Positions 1 through 13,715 are shown, numbered from the stretch's first letter. The stretch: DNA of 64,000 nucleotides from Marsupella aquatica (GCA_973895155.1 OZ316892.1:12960238-13024237); one strand, 5' to 3'. The notes: generated by a model from the sequence alone, not told the origin. A program made the numbers and translations.

Positions 1-70
1 AATTACCATGCTGAGAACAGAAATCGAAGTGGGGATTGTTCACACCACAATGGTGTCTTTAACAACTTAC

Positions 71-2221
71 CGGGATTGTCCGACTGCGCCCGCAAACTTT
101 CATCGTTCACGTCAGGCGTCGAGCGGTCCACCGGATCTGGATTTAGACCCGCGTACCAATCCTTGTGCACCTTACGTTTGGGAACAATCATTTTTTCCGG
201 AAGAAGGTAACCTCCAGACCTTAACACAAAAACTTAACCTCTCAGATTCCAAAATGTAAGTATAATATTTCTTGCAATGCGTAGATTTAGGTGCCCATAT
301 TCCTCAAAAGCCATGAATTCCTAGGAACTTGAACTAGTCCGTCAGTCTTCGCAATGACTACAGTACAGTAAAACTGCAACCTCTCTACTTCGCAATGCCT
401 TGGTCGTTTTGTGATTCCATTGTAAGGTACAGTATGCAGCGCAACTGAATGCATGCCTCAATGCCAGGTCAGTGACTCCAACTTCTCTTATTGAAGTTAC
501 GAAGGACGAGTCCGTCGCAATTTGTTGGGAACAAAGTATCATACGCAAAAATGGAAAAGCAATTATTGTTACGCAATCAGCAACCCACTTACTCACCCAA
601 CTCCCATTATTATTCATTTCTTGCAACATAATATAAAGCACAGATATATTCCGAGCGCACCTGTAGAACAAAACCTCTCCATTGAAAGTAGCAACAGCAA
701 TTTCCTTGTTGCCATCCTTATCTATGTCATATAACAGAGCACTTGCATGAACAGTAGATTGATGCTGTACCGGCCATCCTGTAAGTACGCAAGAAAACCG
801 TCATTTCAGAACCACCATGGAAATAATTTTGGATACAGATATGTATATAATTTTCCCACGTCCGTTACAACTTGAATCAGCGCGTCAAGGGTAGCAAGTA
901 AACTATTCAGTCTCCGCAATTCCAGAACCATGCTTCCACCTACCAAGCTAAAATGTTATTAGATTAAAACGATCCTGGTAGAACCAGTCGCAATAGCAAT
1001 CGCAGTCTACTTTCAAAGAATGATTGGAGAAAAGTAATATTTGCTAGTTCACTCCATTTACTTTCAAAATATGTTGCAATCCCTTTATTTTTCCAAATCG
1101 CGGTGTTTTTCTAAAACCCTATGCACCCCCATGTCATTCTTAGACTTGGTAACAGTTACCATTTTCCGTAAGTTAGTGACGGTGGCAGGAACAACAGATT
1201 TAGAATTACACTTTCAACATGAATGAGATGAGATTGTGGCACCACTCTGGAAATAAGAGGGTTTCCTACTGACTCTTGCTTTCAATTTGCCACTCAAGAC
1301 CCAAAAATGAAAATTGTGGCGACCTACTGGCTGCAGGGCCACATTTCTGACAAACCAGAAGAGCAACAAACCTGGCAGTTTTTCTCCATCAGAGCCTTCG
1401 AGCACCTCCAGATAGTGGACGAAAGTGGAAATAACAACCTCAAGTTTGCCATCACTGTCTTGCCACAAAATTGGTTGGTCAAAGAATTTCATGTGCAATG
1501 AAACCTTTCCACAGGTGCATCACAGTGAAATGATAAGACACGAGCAAAAGAATCCACCTACAGCAACATGGACTGCAGACCATAATCCAGACCTCAGTGA
1601 CCAATGAGGTCTACTCGAGACAAAGCATAAGGCCAACATCAATTTTGAGAGCAAACTGGTACACGAGAGATACCCATTTATGTCACTGATGAGAGGAGTG
1701 GCATAGATGCTCGAGCCAACCTCAGTTTGCCATCTCAACTCTAAGTTTTGAGGACACTCCGTATTTACCAGTGCATCTTCATCGCTGCCAAAAATTCATT
1801 TCCCACGATTCCCACAAAATTTACGCCAACGCTTGAGAATAGTCAGTTCTAGGAAGTCATGAAGCCCGATGTCTGACACTTTCATCTCAATAACGGGGGC
1901 CAGCAGGACAACGGCTGAAGGGATGCATCATCAATCGACCACTCAACGATAAATTCAAATCAACGCAAAAAGAGAAAGGACAGTGGAAGAAAGCAGGACG
2001 AAGGACAATAAGGTAGTCATGTCATCAACTCACAGTGGAAGCAGAGGATCCAAATCATCCGTCGCCTCCCGTTGCAAGAACTTGTTATTTGCCACCCTCT
2101 CTTTCATGTTGTCATCGTGCGCCACTGGCTTCGACAGCTGCCCCAACGATGGCAGCGCGAGAAGCCAAACAAGCTGGATAGCGAGGAGCAAAGCGAAAAC
2201 CGGGCTCCCCCTCACTCCCAT
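71..2221 (-). CDS. DEX1: DEFECTIVE IN EXINE FORMATION 1-like FG-GAP/beta-propeller membrane protein, 5' exons only (gene continues off the left edge)
   Basis: Exons joined at GT-AG: 2221-2034, 1784-1674, 1454-1372, 778-661, 219-71. Product: signal peptide [23 protein letters not shown], then [120 protein letters not shown]. This matches the plant DEX1 N-terminus as I recall it. Confidence 0.92.
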
Positions 2222-2855
2222 GGCTGCCGGAAGTCCTCCTTCAACTTGCCCCAAAGAGAGAACACTTTCCGCAGATCAACGCTATAGACACACACTCGCC
2301 CATCAAGCCTTGGAAACAACAATGCTTGTGGTGTCTTGGCGAAGACGCCTTGAAATTGAAACCAAAGGACTCGACTGGAGAATTGCAGTCCACTGTCTAC
2401 TCGACTTGACTGACTATAGTCACCCAGTAAGTCTGAGAAATGTGGACTACGACTGTACTGTTCTTCCTTCCGGGATGCAGACTTGTTTCCATGCAATGCA
2501 ATAATATGTACCGTGGTCGGTCGTCCTGCCAGTGCAAACGCGAAAACGAAAACAAATGAAGCCTGCCAGTGACAAAGACCTGGATTCACCAGGTTTCACC
2601 ATCTTACTAATAATTTGTGAACCTAAGCTACTCCAAAGGCCTACTGGGTAGGGGGTGGGTCTAGAGTGAAGCCTCTAGACCATGACTCTACTCTAACTCA
2701 CAAAACACAGAGTAAGAGATGAACCAAAGGAATTAGTTTTTTGTGCAAGTTACCTTTTTGTCCTCATCTCTTTCCATTCAAGGAAGTGTAGTCAAGGCTA
2801 GTAAATACTATCCTTGTCTTGAAATTGTGGAGCAAAATGGCAATGGAGAAGAGAA

Positions 2856-3450
2856 GAATGAGTGGAATTAGAAAAAGGGGAGAAATCTTGGATACTCCCC
2901 CTTTTATATGGCTAGTGGAGGTTTAAATCGCACTTGCCCATATATAGGAAGTGTCCAGTGAGCGGAGGAGAATGAGTGGAATCAGAGAAAGGGGAGAAAT
3001 CTTGGATACTCCCTGTTTATATGACTAGTGGGGTTTTAAATCATATCTGCCCACATATGGGAAATGTCCAAACCTTCTCCCTTATTCACCTGTCTCTGTC
3101 ATTATGGTTGGTTTTCAATGGCAAGAGTCTGTTGCACTGTCGCACTTCAACAGAACTCAGACATGTACTATTCTTTGTAGGGGTGAGATGGTTGGTTCTA
3201 GGACAGTTCCAAACCTTCTCCCTTATCCATCTGTCTCCGTCATCACGATTGTTTTTCTACAGCAAGTGTGACATGTACTATTCTTTGTAGGGGTGAGATG
3301 GTTGGTTCTAAGACAGTTCCAAACCTTCTCCCTTATCCATCTGTCTCCGTCATCACGATTGTTTTTCTACAGCAAGTGCCTGTCGCACTTCAACAGGACT
3401 CAGACATTTACTATTCTTTGCAGGGGTGAGGTGGTTGGTTCTAGGGCAAT
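2856..3450. repeat. Degenerate tandem duplications between DEX1 and E2F (probably TE-derived)
   Basis: A ~115-bp unit starting GAATGAGTGGAAT..GGGGAGAAATCTTGGATACTCCC occurs at ~2856 and ~2970. A ~110-140-bp unit containing CCAAACCTTCTCCCTTAT..CTGTCTC occurs at ~3068, ~3209 and ~3319. Confidence 0.8.
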
Positions 3451-5189
3451 TAGTCAAGTTCCTGTGTTAGACCCTCACATGCAATTCACTCGGAGCTCTA
3501 CCAGGCTATAAACTTTGCCAACTGGTCCTTCGGGCTATTTTAGCTCTTTGGTGACCTCCCTTTAGGATTGTCTCCCATTTGGGTGTCCCTTGCTCTTTTG
3601 CAGTTTGATATACATTCTTTTTCCACAATTTTAGGTGTATCTTAATTTCAATGGTGAAACCTGGTATATCCAGGTTCCCATCATTAGTTATCACATGTAA
3701 GTGCATTCCATGGTTTAGTGCCAACCATGCAGTCCCCTAATATTATAGGAGTTCATGTATAACTCTAGTCCCCTATATTACATGAGTTCACTAGTATAAT
3801 TCTCTATGCAAATGCCTAAACAATTGGGGGTTCAAGGATAATCCACAGCTAAGTGTAGGCCCGATATAATTCCCTTGTTTAGGTCTTTCCTCCCTAATAT
3901 AATTCTGTTTGAAAACACCTAAACAAGTGCGAGTGTTAAGAATTCCATGGTAAACGCAGTATAGCAATGGGAGCGTGCGTTTTCAGATTAAAATTCTAGA
4001 CTTTACACCCACAACTATGTCAGAACTGCAACACTAGCTCTCCACAAGATACAAGTTTCCATACCAGTTACACATAACTATCTCATAACTGCAACAGTAA
4101 CTCCTTAAATCATCACAAATCACCACCGGCCATATAAATGGGAGACGTCCAAGATTTCTTCATTTTTCTCATTATCTTTTCTACCACGATACTTCAAATT
4201 AGTGAAATATGGGTAAAGATGTTTTTGTAATGGCTAGTGGCTCCTTGAGATTGCACACTTTTCCATACCAGTCGCACAAAATGGTGCTAGACCCAGAAGT
4301 GTACACTTGCAGAAGGTTTTGCACTTATTTGTCATTATTGAGCATTCTTTGCACTCAATTGCAAACTGGCCACGACAAAAGTAAGGGCTTCACGACTTGC
4401 AAAACAGCCAGAGTTTGTACTCAAGGAATATGCACTTAGGTAGAGTTGTGTAGATTAGTCAAACGATTGAAACCAAATAAACTGCGAAATCACATCGGAA
4501 GATAGATCCTGCCAATTCCAATTTAGTGAATCCACAGGATGACTTAACCATAATTGATAATCGATGCGACACCAACGACAGCTTCCTACAAAATTCACTT
4601 GCATGCCCTAGTCACGATAATCATGTTTAAGAGAGAAAATAACTCCTGTATTTGCTTTAAACTTTGATGCAAGTAAGGTGCAGGAATCGCTCATTCCTAT
4701 TCTGGGTTACATAAACTCACTCTGCAGGGTACCACACTTCCACCCGGTTCCAATATTGTAGGTTTCAATCTAAATAAATGACAGGTAATTTCCACTTCGT
4801 GGGGAAGGGTGGGGTCACATTATTACAGAAGCCTACAAGGAAGGCTGGTCGTTGGTTTACCAACAGGCTAATTTGCCCATCCGCCTTCAGAACGAGCTAC
4901 CTGCTTATTACTGCTAGCAACACATGAATGCTCCGGCCCTGGAGAAGATTGATCAAAGACTGGCTCACATCAAGCCAAGAATATTCTGATGCCAAAGGCG
5001 AACTTTCCTCTAAAGTACAACTGTGGCAAGCAAGGATGTCTAAACGAATAATAACTACCTCCAATGGCAGGTAGTTTTATCTTGGCCACAATGAGGCAAA
5101 ATCAGACAGGTCACCTTGGGAGACCTGTCGTCCACAGTGAAATCAATCACGAATAACCACTCATTCCGTCGAAAGCCAACGGGTGATTG

Positions 5190-8100
5190 TTAACTCAAAG
5201 GCATCATTTCTACTGCAGAGCTGGAAGGTGGAGTATGCGGATGCGGAGACCCCTCGCCAATACCAAACTCTGTTGAGTTCAGCTTCACTACCTCGTTCCA
5301 CATTGCATTTGAAGCTGATTCAGTTGGTCAAGGTCAACCAGATCCAATCCATGGACAACTAAGTGGACCATCAAAGAAAAACTGGGCTCTGATCGCAAGA
5401 GGTAAAACATCAAGTCCTAGGTACAAAGCGGCATTCCATCTAAGGACAGTAAATAAAACAAGCAAGCACATGACTACATCCCAACAACGTTCGACGACTA
5501 TGAATGCACAGGATCCACATGGCATAGGATACGATCACTTCTCCACATATCAGTGATTCCCACGCCCACATCAGAAAGTAGCCAGTAATCTGTGTCCGTC
5601 TGCAAGATTATCGGAGACAGCATTAGAAACTCACACTGGCTCGACAGAAGCAACCATCATAAGATGCTTTATCGAAAGTTGAGATTGACAGCAGATACAG
5701 ACTACTTACATTAACTTCCGCAGGCATTATTCTCATAATGCCACCAACAAAATCATGAGAACTAGCATCTTCAGAGCTTGGAGACCGCTCATCCTCATTG
5801 TTATGGCTAGGCCCCAACTCTGATAGGTGATGATCTGAATTGATGCCAAGGGCTGGAGTAGGAATCATAGAGGGTAGTGGGGCCTCTGATTGAACCACCT
5901 CCATTGGCACATCATCATTCATTTCTTCAAACTTCTCCTCGAAACGGCTGCTTAAAGACAAATCGTTAGTCCGTTACATATGACACTTGCAAGAGAGCAG
6001 TAGTACGTATCACATAGAGGCTTGAAGTGCTACATACGAAGCACAGCATAAGCAAGGTCCTTCCTGAAACACAAGATATCAAACGATACATATAGGTATC
6101 TATTTGGGAACACGCACCTCACGAGGTACACGTCAATAGGACCCATTGTACTGCGCAAGAGAATTTGATATCGCCTTTGCGGGTATTCAACAGCCTGCGT
6201 TTCAAATGGTGAATTACAGCATTTCTGTGTTTGATGTTATTACAAGACTTGCCAAATAAAAGTCCTTGTTCAAAGGTCCAAGCCCGTGCAGGCATGTAGG
6301 GCCCATACATCAGTGGTATGGGTGAGTGGTGTGTATGCCGACCAAAAATAACAGAATGAAAAACCAGATCAAATTCGACATTGTGTAGAAAGCGTGCAGG
6401 ACAATCGCACTAAGAGCTATTATCTTTCATTTTTATCCAAGACTTAAATAAATCTGCACATATTTTATGAAGACAATAGTCATACCTCGTCAGGATCTGG
6501 AACCTCGAGCGTTGTACCGTGGGGAGCTTTGATTGCTATAAGGGTCTCATTCTGTAATAAAGAAGTTTTAAAGTTTCAGAGAACCTCAGTGGGCGTAATA
6601 TGCCTCGATAAGGAACTAACACATGAGACAAGTCAACTTTTAATATCAAGACGTGGAGAACAAGGACTCTCGAACTATCAAACGAATTGTGTGAACCACA
6701 AAGAGACGAAGTATGAAATCAGGGACTTGAATCTAAAAACTGGCTGAATATAATACCGAGAGCAACCAACGATCCAGCAAACAGCTTAGAGACTCCGAAA
6801 GGCTCAAACTCAGCTCATACTGATCCATTCCTTCAATGACATACTCCTGTAGCATATTCAGAGATAACAAATATGTAGACAACGCTCATTCCAAACCACA
6901 TCACTGAACTCACCTGAAAGCATGGCAAGCTCTTAATATCATCTTCAGTTACATACAGCCATCTGTTGTTGGTTGAAAGTTAAGTAAACCCATATTCGAT
7001 TGAGCTGAGCGAAAGAAAGGATTTAAAATCAAATCATCACAAGGTCAGGAACCTCAAACAGCTGGAACCGTCACATGCAGGACAAGAGTAGGATACTGCT
7101 TGTTGTTGTTATCTTCACTGAGAATCCTTAATCTTTCTCTCATCTCCCTGCACCAAAACCAAACGTCATCGTGTAAGTTTACCTCATCACACAACAATGC
7201 AACGGTAGATGCACTGGCGAATGCGAAGATAGCTTGAATCACTTTCGGCATGAAGAAAAAAGATTACCTGTACCTCACCTACTATCTATCAGGGGTTGGC
7301 ACTACCATGATTATGCAGAAGTGAAACTGCTAACATGTCGACACATGTACACACGATGTGATGCTAAAGCCTAGAGAGAACAAGCGAAAATGACAAGCTA
7401 TCATGTAATTCAACCTTACGTTGGGTAGGCCAGGAAACACACCTAATGCTATCATCCAAGCGACGCTCTTTAAGAGTTAAATCCTCAACTTCGACCTGTG
7501 AAGTGTAACACACATCTTACAAATAGCAATGACAGATGTGGCAACAACACTGGCAAATGAATCTCCTTGTTCACTAAGACTATGAGTCCTGCGAGAAACT
7601 TCATTCCAAAGTCTTTGAGCAATATATTTCAGTACGATAAATTAGGTTATCAGCAATACCTGAAGAGAAGACAAATCATCCTTCACTTCACCTGGTCTGG
7701 AGACGCCAAGTCCTCTGTGGCAAACGTACAGAGCATTCGACTTCAGAGACAGACTAATGCAAGGGTGCTCGGAAACAAATCCAAGCTGACTTACACACCT
7801 GATAGTCTGCATGTAAAGTAAATGAGATGGCTTTTAAGAGGGTTTTGCGGTAACTAACTTCCACCGTATCCTGTTCTTCAATTTTTTCTCTATCAAACCG
7901 ATCCCTTCCAACACATTTGTGATATCATATATCCTTCGCTTTTGAACCTGGACCAAAAAAGTAAAGGTAGCAACACTTCAGAAATGAACAAACCTCATCT
8001 TCCGAAACCATTGAACTGCATTGACGTACACCATCACAGCCCAAAACGATGCTTACTGACATGGGTCCTAACAGTCACTTATGGGACTTAATATAACGAA

Positions 8101-9083
8101 CATTTTTGGGAGATAGGATTGTCACCGACGTGTAAAGTGTCCGCAGCTCTGTTGAGATCAAGGACCCCATCTTCGGCTTGCTTAATAAGGTCAATGAATT
8201 TCTTTGTAAGTAGACCTGATCCATTACGAGGGTCAGCTCAAGGGCAACCATGACCATCACCGTCACCTGTACTCGCATGAAAAGTGTTTAGATGCACTCA
8301 GATTGGGGGCAGGTGAGCAAATGACTTTGGAGGGAGTACCGAGTGAGCTGTCGTAGCGGCATTGGGGGGTGCTGGTTGGCGTAGGAGCGTTGCCAGCAGG
8401 CGAGCCTAAAAAAAAACAAGATAGTCTGTCAGGAGCGAAGGAGTCAAGAATTCCAACCTAGAAACTCACCTGCAATCAAACCGACACAAACCACCAAAAT
8501 CGAAGAGTGTAAAAGCAAAGAAATATAGATGGGGAACAACAGTGGATATGGACTGATCCTAGAGCCCTGAGTAAGAAATCCTACCAGTGCCAGGGGGTCC
8601 AGGCGTATGAGGGCCATTCTTCAGTTGTCTTACAGGCTTGGACCTTCCCCCTCGTCTCCCAGATCCCGTGCCAGGGGTGGGAATGGGACTGGCCTCAGCC
8701 CCTGAAAACCCATTAGTAGGGGACCAGCCGTTCATCTCCATAACATGATCTTCATCATTTCGGGGTTTCCGCCTTGCCTGTTCATAAGGACACTCTTGAT
8801 CATTCCGGCCTTGCAATGCCTACGAAGAACTGATAGACCGGAGCTAACCGGGACCACAAGGGAGAAGTAGAAAAACTAGCAGCAATAAACTACACGGCCT
8901 AACGGACGGAGTTCACATTTAGATGCTTAGCAACTTCCAAAACACCCTTGGGAGAGAAATTCAGCTCAAGTTTCTAAGAGCCACAGGCCCTACCGACTTC
9001 GTCAGAGATGTTACGACGGAAAGTACCTTTACATCCTGCATATATGCTGGGGGAGGATGGATGTATTGAGGGCGGACAGACCT
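5190..9083 (-). CDS. E2F: Typical (E2FA/B-like) E2F transcription factor; start codon uncertain (ATG at 9041 or further upstream)
   Basis: Approximate exons: 9083-9027, 8777-8585, 8405-8340, 8215-8130, 7947-7859, 7714-7660, 7495-7443, 7147-7097, 6962-6914, 6551-6486, 6194-6118, 5947-5710, 5599-5533, 5314-5190 (TAA). DNA-binding domain [65 protein letters not shown]. Coiled-coil/marked box [50 protein letters not shown]. Rb-binding motif DYWLLSD. Confidence 0.95.
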
Positions 9084-11504
9084 CTGCAACGATGATAGAA
9101 AATAACATGTCATAAGCCGTAACACAACAATGTCACACAGACGTCCAGCCAGTTCACTATGGAATAAATAGGAAAAAGTGGAAATGCTGGAAAGCCGAAG
9201 GACCTATACCGTGGATGGTATCCCAATCTCAAACACAAGACGTGCAGAGCCTTGGCAATACCCAGATTCAACGAGCAGACAGTTCAACTACGTCGTAATT
9301 TGAGACTGAGCACCGATCCCTTCGAGTCGGAGATGTCGGCACCCTGTAAAACACTGAGCAAGAGAACGATCACTGTCAGAAGGTGATATAAAGTCCGAGG
9401 AGGGTTTCAAAAGAGACAGAACAAGCTATCTTCGAAGCAAATCTCAACGCTCCTTCCATCCCAAATGCAGGAATGGAGGAGTTCTAGTGCAGTTCACAGT
9501 AAAATCAGAACGAAAAGAAAGAAACGTCCCATTGCAACCTTCAGAACACTCGAGAGGCATCCGAGTAGAATGCCGGACAGAACGCTTGGTGGGATTAACC
9601 TGTCTAGCTTGAAACAATCATAATATGCTTCGGAATCTCGTTAATTGGAAAGACCCGTGACCTTTATCGATCAATTGTGATGGACGAGTCGACACGGTCA
9701 ACTAGACAAGATACTGCTACTGCAGAACATTAGACCTGACTGCTGCTGACGTCTACATCAAGAGACAGTGCAGTCTAATAGTGATTTCCCAGTGCAGCTA
9801 AAGCACTCTTTCGGGAGCGAAAGCAGGATGAAATTGTTAACACGCTAAAGTTAGTGGCAACTGATGTGACAGGATGAGAAAATAGATTGTACAAAATGCA
9901 GATCGTCCTCCTCCGTTACTCTGCTTTCTTTGCTTGAGAAAAATTCCTCAGATTTTAATACCTCTTACGGGAGAGTAGAAATTCGTACCAATGTTACCAA
10001 TCAGACCGTCCGTAACCTAAGCACAACAGCACACCGATGATGCCAGATCGGATCAGGTCACTGTCGATCTCTTCAACTCGACAAGAAGAAATGTGTGAAC
10101 ACTCCCGAGATGTGAAATGAAAAGGTACTACTTCTGGTGTTTACTCCAAGGATGATATGGGCAAACGAGGTGCTCTTTCACACCCACTAACTACCTTCTC
10201 CACTAAGCACGGATAAGCCCGGACTCCTCGTTAACCCAGACAATTCAAACGACCCCCACTGCACCTGGACGATTCAAATCCAAACGCATCCCAACTGGCG
10301 TCTGCCTTGAAGCTAGGGCAGCAACTACGAGGCTTTGAGGAGTACGTCAACACTCACTGTCGTTTACTTGACCACATTTCGACGGACATCCTGGAAAATA
10401 GTGGAAGGGGAACACTGCCCAATCTTCACCTCTGCCCTGGCCATGGAAACAGAAAATCTGCTCTGCCCATGGAAACAGTTGATCCTAACTCGTGCTCTGG
10501 CCATGGAAAAAGGTGATCCGGAAGCGAGAAAGAGTGTGACAGTAGACACAGTAAAGGGAACTATAGAGCAAAGACAAACACAGCCCCAATAAGCGAGGCA
10601 AGCTCAGGTCGGTACGAGAACCAAAAAGAGAGGAATGCGATGACCCGACGAGGCCTCTTGAAAACCATGGGTATGGCTGAAAGCGAGCTAACCCGCCCTC
10701 TTAAGAAAGTCAACGCGTAGGCATCACAAGGGTGAAGACTCACGTAAGTCAACTGATGACTGTCGGAGGAGGGGAAGCAAGCATTGAGTAACTGGCCAAT
10801 TTGAGGGCCATCCTCCGTGATGTTGTCCACGAAACACGGCCCCTTCACAACTTCACTACGTACCTAAGACGAGGGCGTGGACCACAAGGACAAGATACAC
10901 TGGGCGAGCTCAAGCCGATCACAGCAGAAAAATTGCCTAAAATGAGACAGTTCAGGGCAGGAGTGAGACAATAATCACCCACAGCAGCCCCCATTTTATC
11001 ATCCACAGGAAAAGAAAAATTGCAAAAGAACCTTACCAAACCGGTCCAGGTGACGCCAAAGAAGCCAGAGACACACTACGACCAGCCCCCAAAAACCTCC
11101 TTCTCTTCCCCTTCGTCCCTCACACCATCGTCCTCCTTTGCACAAGATGACTGTCTGCAATCAGGCTTCTGTCCAGCAAGGAACTCTGCAGCAATTCTTC
11201 CCCTGGAATCGAAAGAACCTCCAGAATCCCAACCCTAACAAAAATTCTCCTCACTCCAACCCCGACCCAGGATCCAACCAACCCTCTCCGTCCCCCTCGT
11301 AGCCTCGTCCTTCCCTCCCACCTCCCGTAAAACTACACTCCCCTTCTTCTCCTCGTCCTTTCTTCTCCACGAATATCTTCCGTGAGCAGCCACCAGCACG
11401 CAGCAGAACAGCCCCACGTCGGAAAAGCCTCCCTTCTCCTCAACCACCAAACATGTGCGCCACCTTTCTTTCTTGCTCACTTCCTTCCACGGTTCCTACC
11501 TTCC

Positions 11505-11890
11505 CTCTTTCTTTCTTCTCCTTATCGCATCTCGCCCTTTCCTTCCTTCCTCCCTTCCTTCCTTCGCATCGTCGAGGGGCCTCTTCCTCCTCGCCTCGTC
11601 TCGTCCTCGTCCTCGACCTCGTCGCTCCGAGTGAATCCTGTGTTGTGCGAGAAGAAGAGGGCAGCAGCAGAGAGGAGAGAGGGAGAGCTTTCCTTCCTTC
11701 TTTCTTTCTTCTCCTTACCGCATCTCGATCTTTCCTTCCTTCGTTCCTTCACATCGTCTCGGGACCTTGTCCTGGTCTGGTCCTCGTCTCGTCCTCGTCG
11801 GTCCGAGTGAATCCTGTGTGTTGTGTGCGAAGAAGAGGGCAGAGCACCACCAGCTGCAGCAGCAGCAGCAGAGGAGAGGAGAGGAGAGGA
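11505..11890. repeat. ~190-bp tandem duplication within the CT/GA-rich E2F 5' leader
   Basis: CTTTCTTCTCCTTA(T/C)CGCATCTCG at ~11511 and ~11704; CCGAGTGAATCCTGTG at ~11627 and ~11803; both copies followed by GAAGAAGAGGGCAG. Confidence 0.8.
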
Positions 11891-12269
11891 GAGGCAAAGA
11901 GAGGAGAGAGGCGAAGAGAGGAGAGACCCGAGAACAATGTGGGAGGAAAGGCGAAGCTGCTCGTCCCACACAGAGGGACCGACCGGGTTGGGACGACAGA
12001 GAGCTGAAGAGCTGAAGAGCGGAGGAGAACGGAGGGAAGGGTTTGAATGCGGTCTCGCGCCTCTTCTTCCCTCGCGCCAAGCTCTGCCCCACATCACCCT
12101 CTGGCCTCTCCTGCCTGCTCAGTGGTCAGGGAGCTTAACCCGGGTTCCGGCCCAGCACGGACGACAGGTCCCGTCGAATGAGGAACTCCGGATCCGCCAC
12201 CTCGGTCAGCCTCACCTGTGCGGTCCCGCGCAAACTTGCCGGCACCGCGGGAGCTGATGATATTCCTCG

Positions 12270-12279
12270 TTTTCGCGCC
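12270..12279 (+). promoter_or_regulatory. Consensus E2F-binding site TTTTCGCGCC upstream of the E2F gene
   Basis: TTTCGCGC at 12271-12278 fits the TTTSSCGC consensus. It lies in the GC-rich block just upstream of the pyrimidine-rich (minus-strand) presumed transcription start region. Confidence 0.5.
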
Positions 12280-13660
12280 CGTCGCCCAGGGCTGCTACGT
12301 AGCTTCGGCGCTAGACGTGGGCCGTCCGATCTCCATCGTCGGTCGCGCCAATCCAAGAGACAGAATCCAACTGTTCATGCACCCCCAGTTCACTGTATAA
12401 GGTGGATTCACTTTACGTACACTGATTACCGTAATTCCTAACACACAATATTTAGGAACAAAGATTTTTGAATTATATCACAGTAATTAATGTCTGTGAG
12501 ATTATGTAAAACGCTAAATTAAAGCCAGTGAAATTGTTTTTTGTGACAAGCAAATAGTGTGATGAAATTTGAATTAATGTGTGTAACTTAACTTTTTTAA
12601 AATATAATTTTTTCCAGTAGGAGGACTTATTTGCATATCACATTAAAAATGAAAGTCAATTAAAATTAGTTTGAGGACCCCTTGGTTATGTAAGTTTTAT
12701 GTTATTCAACAACTAAATTAGAACACATGAAGAGTTGCTATTGGAATATGTTTGAATATGGAGATGAGCGGAAAAAAGGAGTTAGTAGATTATTCATGGA
12801 AGAAGTGCATGCACCAATTTCCCTTGGTACTCCCATGTCCATAAAGTCCATATGCTATATAAGCCAAGGGTTTCTTAATTACATTCCTTTGGTATTCCTT
12901 TATCCATAGACTTAGTCAAAGAGTTTCTTATGTTCTCTTGGTGTTCCTTTTTCCATAGTAATCAAATGGTTTCTTACATTACCTTGATAAATCTTACAAT
13001 AGTTGAAGAGTTTCTTTCTACCCATGGTTATTCCAAAAATTGCTAATTAAATAGAAAACTCATACAATTTATTGGAAAAACACTATATCAATCACAACAC
13101 ATCCACACATTATTTTCTTTTACCCCCTTTTCACCCCTTTTTTTGTTTATTTGAAATGTTATTTTTCAGTTTTCAATTGTTTTTACAGTTACAAGGTCTA
13201 ATTGATTTTCTTTGACTTGTTTCAAACACACAGTCTTGTTTGGTGCTTTTTGCATAATAACCCCTTCTTGTTTGTGACCAATTGTGCTGATGTGGTTGCA
13301 CATGCTTCCAGGGATTTTGGAATGAATTTCCCATGGGATTCCGTAATTAAAATTTTATTAAAGTATGATGAATTGAAAAGCATATTATGAATGCTATCAA
13401 AATCAAACTAGAATGAAATACATACAATAGACAAAACTCACTGCTTGTACTACTTCAATCCGAGTCTACTCTAAATCCATTTCCATATCTTGATTGAATA
13501 TATTGTCATGTCCAGATTCATCATCTTATGATTTGGAATTGTCATTTTCAGACTCAGAATCCACAGGGGGTTCTTTTCTTAGTGTCATATTTTTTAATCC
13601 CTATGAGACTACTTAGGAACCTACTTTTATATTCTTTTGAGATTTGTAGTCACACCCTTA

Positions 13661-13663
<3 letters not shown>

Positions 13664-13712
<49 letters not shown>
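13664..13712. repeat. (GT)24 microsatellite
   Basis: Perfect GT dinucleotide run. Confidence 0.98.

Positions 13713-13715
<3 letters not shown>

Noticed and set aside
7-10. Possible 4-nt DEX1 micro-exon (CTCAG|CATG|GTAATT on the minus strand)
   Set aside because: At the window edge; the downstream frame cannot be checked.
5105-5129. GACAGGTC/GACCTGTC hairpin in the E2F 3' UTR
   Set aside because: An 8-bp stem can occur by chance; no supporting evidence.
10425-10510. Three CCATGGAAA-containing short repeats in an E2F leader intron
   Set aside because: Small local duplication with no evident function.
11382-12257. Several 80-190-aa ORFs on both strands
   Set aside because: Artefacts of CT/GA low-complexity sequence in the E2F leader; no recognisable domains.
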